The notes under the pieces were generated by a model. It saw only the letters and a list, made by a program, of their open reading frames with translations. It searched no databases and had not been told where the DNA came from. From Botryllus schlosseri (lineage: Eukaryota): 64,000 nucleotides of DNA. Of this stretch, positions 37,164 to 47,800 are shown piece by piece (the stretch's first letter is position 1; every line of letters starts with the position of its first letter). The translations under genes and the position numbers were made by a program. The stretch is taken from NCBI GenBank assembly GCA_051294905.1, contig CM119378.1, forward strand, positions 9,672,001 to 9,736,000. Direction: 5' to 3'.

Positions 37164-38385
37164 CAGGGCCGTAACTGCCGCACCCCAAACCCCCCAATAG
37201 GGGGGGCGAGCTCGAAGGGGGCCCGAAATTATTTCGTGAATTAACATAAATTACAGAGTCTTTTTGGAAAATTTATGGAACTTTTTCAAAAATTTTTCGC
37301 GCCATGCGCGATTTCAAGTTGGCAAGTATCTTGATTTTGGGGTAATCTTCCCCCAAGAAAAAATACGCACGATTTATAGAAATGGGCATATCGGCGTTAG
37401 TCCGGTACCGGGCCACGATGCACCAAGACATATAAAGTTTTAGGTCATGTAACATACGACTCCAAGAAGTGTGTCAGAACGATCGACAGCGAGAAAACCT
37501 TGACCGAAAAAAACTGCCCTTATGCTGACCGAAAACTTCGTTATATATAGGCTACAAAATACATATAGGTGTTCCTGTCTTGGCAATCTGAAAAAATTAT
37601 ATGCCAGTGAAGAAATACCAATTTGAAATCGTCTGCGTCTTTTAGTTTAGTAGCCTACGTTTGGGCGATTCTATACTTTTGATATTTGACTGGAGGTCAC
37701 GAAATAACATCATGTTACGGAGTCATACCTACGGGCCCTACAGTTTCCATAACACCTCACTTAGCTCTACCGGTAAATCTGATTACGTGAGCAGAGAGGA
37801 CAAGAAATTGATAGCAATATATATGCAATTCCTGATCTTATTTACCGATTTTATCGTGAATTATCGACAATCTTCGCGCTGGCCCACTACACAGTTCAAC
37901 TATTTACGTGGCGAAAGCGAACAGCGTGATTGGAGGTATAGGTTTATCACCCTATGAGAGCCCAAGACCCAAGTTTTTTTGGAGGACCTGAAGAAGTGCT
38001 GTTACGATCCTGCCAACGGGTATACGTCCAAAGATGTTTAATTAGTATTGAGGGGTCCTACCTTTTCAAACCCCCCTCACTCAGCTCTACCTGTAAATCT
38101 GATTACATGATCGGAGAGAGAATAAAAATTGATAGCAATATGTATGCAATTCCCGATCATATTGACCGATTCAATCATGAATTATAAAAAAATTTTGCTC
38201 ATTGCGCGTGCAGGCTAGAAAAGCTGACTAAGCTAACGCCCCCGAACGCAGATGACAAGTAGCGATAAAGAGTGTACAACGTGAGGGGGGTCTGGCGGGG
38301 GGCGAAGTTGGGTTTATTATCATATGGGGGGCCAGAGACCAACGTTTTTTTGGGGGGGGGCTGACGAAGTGCTGTTACGGCCCTG
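37164..38385 (+). mobile_element. CAGGGCCGTAAC family, between the 3' ends of Syt and the Ldh_2 gene
   Basis: CAGGGCCGTAAC..GTTACGGCCCTG; perfect TSD ACTGTACT. Confidence 0.9.
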
Positions 38386-38898
38386 ACTGTACTAAATCAG
38401 TGGTGTACGTGAAGCCCAAATTCACAAGCTTCCGTTCGCTTTAGCTGTTCTACCGGAAACGTGGGAACCGATACGACATGTCAGCAACTGCCCTGGAATC
38501 AAATCAGCAGAGGTGCAATCGTATCTGTCGCGTCAACTCCAGTAGACTAAGAGTAGGAATACCTCGTTCTTTCAAGGTCAACTCAAATGAACTTCGTCTC
38601 ATGGCATCGAGTTTGGTAATATCTACGGAAGGTCAGTTAACGGTGCTGCCTGCCTTCATATAGCATTCAAGCAATAAGTAGACGCCAATATCCATTGCTA
38701 CATGATATTTTATTGCCATCATACCCATGATGAGCAAATGGGAGATTAAATTAGTGTATTTGGTTTCGTTTTCATAGCGGCACACCATTTAATGGCATAA
38801 TTATCTGTAAAGTTGCACAAAATTGCTGATCATTCACAGCGAAAAAACCATGGTGAGAATTTTTCGAAGTATGAAACAGGGATATCGTCGACGGTACA

Positions 38899-41800
38899 CT
38901 ACATCGGCGGCACCTCCAGACTCTTCCCCACCCCGTTCTAAAACAAAAGAACACAGTCAAAATTACTGTTGCCACTTACATGCTCGAAAGTGGATAAAAT
39001 GACCGTTGACCATGTGTGAGCACAATAGCGCCATCCAGATAACAAAGGCATATCTTCAAGCAACAGTTAAGATCAGAACAACATAACACAAAAGTATAGA
39101 CAAAAGAGCATCACATTTATGATCATTCGGCTTCGTTTTTATGCAGAAGTACATATAGATTCAGTAAATGCAGTTTTACACAATGCAGTTTTACACAATA
39201 GAGTACTGCGTTGAGCTGTCTTACTCGGGAAGTTCTAACATGAGCTTCTTCAAACACTTCACCATTAAAGGTCCTTACACCTTGTAAGTAGGCCTACTGC
39301 CCGTGATCAATACCTCATGTCAACATACTGTCAAAATATCGCATGATACTGAAACAGCATCCTTCCAGGATCTAGCCAGGGATCACAACCAGAAGAAAAA
39401 TCATCATGTATGGTAACCCCAATTGGAAAATGCTGCTAGGAAATTAGCAATGTACATTATTACGGAATAGCCTACATGTTTGAAAAAAATATTTGCAGGG
39501 AATTCCATTTTGCCGTGTGCTTCCGCTCGCGGATCATTTCGCGGACAGCCAAAAAAATTGTCAAGATCAGGTTTTGCAATTTTATTTTGTGTAACGTAGT
39601 GGAAACATTTTACCGATTTGCAGTAGGCAGACAGTTTACTTGTGCGAGTAACTACATCGACAACTGACTTCTCTCTGTGGAAATTGTTCTGTTGATTTAA
39701 GTTCCAAAGACGCACATACAGACATGACGGGTTAATCATAGGTGTCTTAGATTTGGGTTTTGTCATTTTCTATTGTGACAATTGGTCATACGCAAACTGT
39801 GTTGCATACAATTTGCCGACCCCAATAAGCGTGGTAACCCACTTGACATATCAAAATTGATCTGTTATATACTGTTTAAATAGAAAACGAATGTCGAAGA
39901 CGCCCATTGAAATCATGTTTCATCCATCATAACACAGAAGATAAAAGTAAAAGAAGATGATTATAATTTATTCATTAAAAACTCGAGTGTGTTTCGGAAT
40001 GGAAAGAATCGGATCGGAGTTAAAGGAATTACAGAAAAATCCAAATCCGTAGTGGTCATTTAAATGTACATTGGCTATTCATATCATCACATGCATCTAC
40101 CACATCACGACAAGAGCCATATTTGGTGAGCAGGGAGCATGGCTGTTTTAAATAACTTACCATATACTCAATTACGCGAGCGGGATACGGAATTCCGCCG
40201 AGCTCTTCGCATTTCTTCATGTGAATTCTGGCCGGGTCTCCAGCCACAAGCACCGGCTTCTCCGGGTCAGCGGGAGCCAGATTGCGATGACTGTCCATGA
40301 GATCTTGCATCCTGTCTTCGAAGCCGTCGCCAAACATGGCGGGATTGACCGCGATGAAGCATTGGCCCTGAAAGATGGATGGGACATTTTAACTCCATTA
40401 CAATTCACTACGCAACGTGCATTAGAGTGTGGACGCTGAAAGCTAGCAGACCGAGCGGTATTGCGCCCGGGTGAACATTGGGCTCTCCAGAAACATGCTT
40501 AGTCTGCCGGTAGAGGTTGTCAAAATAGCACTACACAAGTCTTTAGACTATTTCCACTTCTATGCTTACTTGAGTATTTCTCACATCTTCATTTTCTACA
40601 TTTACTTGATGTAATTTTGACATGTATTTGAAATTCCCATTCATACTTGTATTTGGGCAGAAACTTGCAGCATTATATCTACTTCTTTACTCGAGTAGCA
40701 ACGCAAACCACTTTGAATTCCTCCGCATACAGCAGCTTTGAGTGAGCGATACAAATCCACAGTGGAAACTTGGGTCGGGACGACATAGGGGAGAGGAGGC
40801 CAAGATGAGACACGGGGCAAGATGAGACATGCAATTTTTTCACAGAAAAATTTTCTGATGGACAGATTCCTTCAACTATGTTGTTCCCATAATATCATTC
40901 CATAGCCCTACCATATTAACAAGGCAAACAGATTTGAGATTGGGCAGAAAAATGCCAAAAAATATATTTTCATAGCCTATGTCAGTTATGTGAATTCATG
41001 TTTGTAAGGGCATACCTATCATAGTACTTGATATTATAGAACAAGAATACTGGAGCTGGTTGAGTGCAATATTAGCAGTGTAATCATGCGCTTACCTCTG
41101 AAAAGTAACGGACAGAAATGTTTTTATTCGAATTTATATGTTAATTTAGGTGTGGGGGTAAGATGAGACAAAATCATGGGGGTAAGATGAGACATGGGTA
41201 TCAGAGGGCTTTTCTATTGAAGGCCTCGGAAGATTAAAAATTTACTGTTGAAGGCACACAAAATGTATTATTTATCTAGTAGTTTACCAGATGCGATATT
41301 ACCAGACAAAATAATACCGAAACTCTCATTGTTGCTGGATCCCATGGTTAATTGGTTTTCGATGTCATTTATATGTGTATATGATGTACAAATTCTTTTC
41401 AAAAATGACTAATTTCATGATTATTATATTTTATTCACGATGTTGCTGGTTGATTCATCATTTGGGATGAATTGGTGGTGTAATGAGCAAGAATTGCTTG
41501 GTGTCTCATCTTAAACACAGTGTGTCTCATCTTACCCTCACCTGGGGGTAAGTTGAGACATTTGAGCAAGGATTTTTGAGGGCCAAGAAATCCATCAGTA
41601 TGTTGTTCAATATAACTCAAGCCACTGTCATGGAAAGTAGAGATCGCAGGCTTTCCATTGGTACCAAAATTAATCCTCAGAAGCCATTACTCTTTGAGTG
41701 GCCTTGAATTATCAGAAAAGTGTCTCATCTTGGCCTCCTCTTGCCTACCCACATACAAGACACGATCAGAAAAAACGTTACAGAGCCTCACCAAATCAGC

Positions 41801-44800
41801 AGTTTCTCCGGTCGTGCCCCATTTTCGAATGTTCATGCTGTAATTGCTGCCTCCCAAAATCCCGCAGAGAACCTCGACCATCATAGCTAACCCGTAACCT
41901 GATAAAAACAATTAACACTATTTCCACGCGCAACAAAAAGCCACTCAACCAATCACCTTTGTACCCCGAAGTCTCCTCGGAACCGCCCAGAGGCAACATA
42001 CCACCACCGTCCAGGACAGCTTGTGGGTCGTTCGTCACCTTGCCTTCCTTGTCGGCACCCCAACCGTCAGGAATGGGAATTCCTTTTCTAAAATGATTTT
42101 GTTCGCATGATAAAGTATAATTTGGAATGAGTCGCATATCTGACATGTAGCTATGACTAATTATGGAACGAAACTGATCACTTCTGACCAGGCCTCCGTG
42201 CCCGGCTGAGGATGTGGCAGGTAGTGGCTAATCCCGTAGAAGTAGCAACAGAAGGAACACAGAAAAATTCTAGTGAATTGGAAGTAGAAGTAGCAATTTT
42301 CAAGACATACCGAAACTGCAGGTGCACCGAAGTAATTGCAAAATGCAGATTTCGTCAATGGGTCGAATACTTTTAGCAGTTGATCGGGGGGTGGTTACTT
42401 TAGAAATCGTAGGGTTATCTTTGTGACATATGCAGAATCACTAATGACTAGGGCGATTTTTTTGGAAATGTAAAAATTTTGTCAGAATTGAAGCGTTAGG
42501 TCGAAAAATTGTCGAAATTGTTTACAAAGTCTGAAGTTTTTTGACTCGTGCATTTTATTTGTACCGCAGATTTTGCACTGTCGGTGAACTTATCATTTGA
42601 TATTTTACAGCTTGTAGCCTACTTTATAGGCGTACCGTTGTAGACGGCCCAGTGTCTGCTCAGTGTGAATCATAAATGGTCAAATGAAACCAAATAGATT
42701 GACGCGGTGTTAATGGTCAACGTACCGCAATATCCTAACTGAAGAAAGACTGCTTGGGCATTGCATGGTTCTTATATCAAGAAGCGCATGATGAAAAATT
42801 GTGATGTAGACAGCATTGTCAGAATGAAGCAACAAGGTGTGTCACCAGCAGTGTACGTACAACTTCAGTGTTGCCGGTCAACAACTACTACGGCTGCTGA
42901 ACGTTCTTCCTCCATTCTTGGCAAGCTACTAAGTAAGGACAGACACTTTCTACCCGAGAATGTAGGAAAGTATCTTTCGTTGTAATACAACAAACTTTAA
43001 TTATTTCTACCATAATACGCGAATACCGGAATTCTTCATAGGGACAGATTTCGATAAAATAAAGTTTTTTCGCGTAAAAATTTGTCAGTTTTCAAGTCAA
43101 AAACGTTTTTTCAGACCAAATACTTCGGACAGTTCTAACAAGGACAAGGACAGACAGTTCCAAACAGAAATGAAGATAAGTAGCACAATTTTAATACCCA
43201 ATTTGCATAGGTGAGGTCAAATTAATTTAAAATTTTGATTTTTCAGGTCAAAATCTTCTGTTTTTAGGTCAAAAAAATCGCCCGACTAATGACACTACAA
43301 ATTAGGTGCAATTTACAAAAATTCATCCAGTTAACGTTACCGTCATACAGATTCTATTTCGGTGAGTGGTGACCATAATATAATTCGAAACATGCTTTCT
43401 ACTTTGCAAACTTCAACGAGTAGAAAGTAAGTGGTTTTATCAAGAAAAAGTTGAAGAAGTCCAAGACACAACCTTGTGAGGAAGTACGGTAGTAGGCAAA
43501 ACCTAATTGAGTACTCATAATAAGTAAAAGTACTTTGTTACTAACAACCTCTGAAAACTTCATACGCTAATATTAATTAGGGAGTTGAAAAGAATTCCAA
43601 AATAACAACTACCCATAAAACATGCGATGAGCAGTGAGCACACACTAAACAATGAATTACATAGAATGTCAATGAGATGAAAAATACAACCCATGCCACC
43701 ATTTCATTCCAGTAAAGTACAGTTCATTACGGTGCCAATATTTTAATTGCTCAGATGCAGCAGCCAAGTGTGTATTTGCCTAGCAGCTATGTAGCATTTT
43801 CGATAGAAATTAATTAACCGTGCCATGATCATGACCATAGAAAGCGACGGCAGGTTCGAACCTTGCATTAACTTCAGCTTTCCCAAAAGAGACGGCACTT
43901 GTTGCCATGTCCAGTACAAATGTATCACCATCAACACCAGGGGCAGCACATGCAATTGGGTTCGTACCAAGTCCATAGAACGAAGACCGATTTACCCGTA
44001 CTATGCGACTTGAATTGGTGAAAGAGAAACCCTGAATGTTATTGAGATCATCTCACCTTCCGGAATGATCTCAGAATAAATAAAGCGTGGCAGGACAAGG
44101 CATCAAGCATGAATTCCATAATGCTGGCATAACCGGACGATGATCAGATGGCGTAACGTCTCATATAGGCCTATTCACTGTTGTTGTGACACCACATCAG
44201 TAGATTGAAAGATGATGAATGATGGGAAGAAGATGAGTCTGATGACACCAGTTGAAATATTATGTGAAATCTACTCTACTTGATGATCGTAAGGTCAATT
44301 GCGCAGATGCGTGCAGCATCATCGGCATATATTATTCAAAGAGGAGTTTCTTGTTCAAAATGCGGAATACTGCTGTTGGGGTTCGATAGAGCGGTTACGT
44401 GTACCATGTCAGGATTTTGATTTTTAGATCCAATTCCCAACTACTGATAAATCATGGCACGTCAACGAATTTGAACGAACATGAGATAGACGAGTTTTTG
44501 TGATGCAATTTGGGATAAAGATTTTGGCTTCACAAAAGCAATTCAATAGGACATTGAAATAGAGTTTGGGAATTCTAAATCACAGTTGAATGAAAACATG
44601 AAAATTGAACAAAAATATTTGTCATTAGAAAAACTACCAGAATCTGTTACCCAACTAATCCTTACGAAAGATTTGTAGCTGGATAAACATCGCTAACAAG
44701 ACGTCAACGCAATTTGAAGTGAAACCGTGCAGCTGGTTGCTGTGATCATTATCGAACCAAATACATACGCGACAGTTACTTCTACTGATCTGCTATTTCA

Positions 44801-47800
44801 AACAGCAGCGCGATTCAAATCATCAATTGAGAGCCACAAATCAGCACTTGCTAGTCCCTATGCCGGTACAAGGTTCACCGCAACAACAGGAAGAAATAGG
44901 AAATTAGCAGAGTCGGCTACTCAGAGGTGACATACCGCATAGCTCGCATTGTAGTTCATCAGATGACAATGGCAATATGATATGAGCTGGCGGCGTTAAA
45001 GATGAAAAAAGAGAAACATCTGCCACCAAGCAACGATATTTGTTAATTACAGCAAATTTCACCATGAGAAATGCGCATTTCAGAGATATACCAGTCGGCA
45101 TCATCAGATGTTATCTTTCGTAAATTATTTTTATACAATTTCTGCACGATTCATACAAGACCAGGCTAGATCATACCTAGTGAGATAGGCTTTATCAATA
45201 CAAGTTCATATCTAGGCGGGTTCACCACAAACAGCCGGGACTTGATTTAGTAAAAAATCGCCGGAGTCCGGCAATGTCGGAAGATGCAGGTACGCGCTAT
45301 TGTTAAGCATCTTCCCGGTTAGCACCAGAAGTCAACCTTTCATTGATCCGAACTTTGCCGATAGAGACGGTACTGGTCGCCATATCGAGAACAAAGGAAT
45401 CGGCACCTACGGCCGGAGCAGCGAATCCGATAGGATTCGTACCAATCGCGAGCTCCGCAGAACGAGGGGTGAATACCGCAGGAGAAGTGTCGGTAAACGA
45501 CATCCCCTGAAGAAAATTTTGCGATCACACCCTACAAACTATATCTGGTGCCGAGATATCACAATCTTTGTTATACCACTCTGCATCGATGAGTGAAATC
45601 TCAAATCTCGGAATATCTGTCGAGGTTGAAACGTAAAAACTAGCGAAACATTGTCCACATTTGGCACCATCACCATTACCATTACGATACACTGCTTTTT
45701 GAGCAATAGACTTTGCTTCAAAACTGTGGGCCTTACAAATCAATAATTATAGAAATTCAGGAAGTGCTGTTACTAACCATTTAACCATGACTGTAACATT
45801 TTGTACAGACCAGACTCCCATTTAATTTTTTTAAAGCCGAGTAGTGTTAAGGTTGTCTGTAGCAGTAATAAAATTTATCCTCATCGGTTAGTTGAAGTGG
45901 CAAATAGATGGATTGTAATTTCAAGATAGGAAATTGAGAATTCAATGGTAAGTCTTGAATTGCATCGACTTTAGTCTAATTTCAAGTATAACACTAGAAA
46001 TCTAATGGTGAGATTCATTTCACAAACTAAGTCTACAAACTAGGTATGAACTTAAGTTATTTTCCACGTGGGCCAGGATTACCGGTAGATAGATACCACA
46101 TCAAACTTTTACCTATAACTCCATACTACCAATGTTTCAATGTACGCTGGCGTAAGCTTTCAATGACAATAGTTCTAGTGATGAATCTTTATTCAAAAAT
46201 TAAAATATGATGACCTAGTGCTCCAACAAAGTGCATAGATTAAGCTGTAATTTGATTGGCTTGAAAATAAGAGTCAAGGAAAGGTACATTACTAACAAAC
46301 CACAGCACATCACTGCAATCATAAATTTGCGAGTATTACAAACCAATCAAACGAAGGGAATTAACCAAGGCAATATTCGTGTAAGGATGAAGCAGTCACT
46401 ATGGTGAGCGTGCAGTGCATGACTGACCTCTTGTTTAGTTCTATCTTTCCCAAAGCAACGGTAGTTGTCGCCATATCAAGTACGAAGCTGTCATTATTTT
46501 TCGCAGGCGCAGAGAACGAAATCGGATTAGTTCCAAGCGTACACTCTTTAGAACGAGTCGGCAAGACAAGGGGAGACGTGTTGGTAACGCTCATGCCCTG
46601 AGATGAACAAAATTTGAATACAAGTGAAACGGTGCTTAATCAAATCAACAGGAAAAATTCTTTCAGATAATACTTCCTTCCCAAAAGGTAGTTCAACGAG
46701 TTGCTAAAAAATACAGGATTGATTGCTTAACATGAAATTATCGTCTGCAAGAATTAATCCTTCATAAAAGCCTTTGGACTGTGACATTGCTTCACACTAC
46801 CGTCGCTTTACAATTGCCAGAAGGCAGATCTAGTTATAATCTGGTGATTCAGAGCATACCTTTTGCCTTAATGCCATGATAAGTCTTAATACTTTGTTGT
46901 ACAAAATCCTACTTGATATTCACAAAAACAGGTTTGACAGACGTCTTCTAGACACCAAGCACAAATTATTTTTAGGTGGGGCCCGTCATAAGCAAAACGT
47001 CATATAAAATTTCCTACCTTAGAGAGTATGTGTCGCAAACACCAAGAGTATTTAGTATACCGTTGAAACAAACCTGTGTCACTGTATATATCCAAATTCA
47101 AGTAAGCCCTACTAAACAACCTCATTCTGTAAGGAATATATCATTTTCCGTCTGTATAAAACAAATTGATAAATCAACTTCCTTATTTTAGCAAGCAGAT
47201 ATCCAAGAACTAGTCTCATCACATCTCCATATTTGATGAAGAGTATAGCGAGCTCGAGCATACAGATTAAATTAATAGGTCCACAGAAGACATACCAATG
47301 TACATTCTGTCTGGGGTTAAATAGTTTCAATCTTGGTGATAACAGACATGGAATCCTTTGTAAAATACATGAACGTTTAAATTGATGGCGATGGCTCCAG
47401 CGGTGACCTAGTTGTGATTCAGAGGACAATTTCAGCAGCAGCACTAACATCATGTATCTTCTACTATGAAAAATTTTGACAATTGGTTTCAGAAACAGTT
47501 GAGAACTTACCACTAAGCCTTGACTGGAGGCCTGTAATGCATAGTAGCCAGCGATCCCATAGTGATTGGATCCTTTGGCAACGACCCATCCAACTCCACT
47601 TTCTTTGGCTTTCTGAAGTCAACAAGACAAACTTATGTTACGTCTTCTCCATACAGACCAACTGAATGAAAATATCCTAATAGCAAGGACACAGACAATA
47701 CCTTGATAGCAAGGTCCATGCAAAATTTACCGACTACAGGACCCAGACCATTGCGACCGTCAACATGAGCGGTAGCGGCGGATTCTTTTAAAATTGCAGG

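Noticed and set aside
44095-44175. Minus-strand QHYGIHA resembling exon 4 (NHYGIAG)
   Set aside because: Only a 3-4 residue match, followed by a stop, with no splice sites; likely chance.
45525-45743. 72-aa ORF upstream of exon 5b as a degenerate exon 4
   Set aside because: Similarity (IAQKA..G..AK) is too weak and there are no matching boundaries.
43862-46597. Three exon-5 copies as parts of separate tandem genes
   Set aside because: No duplicates of exons 1-4 or 6-9 lie between them, and all share one upstream and one downstream exon set.
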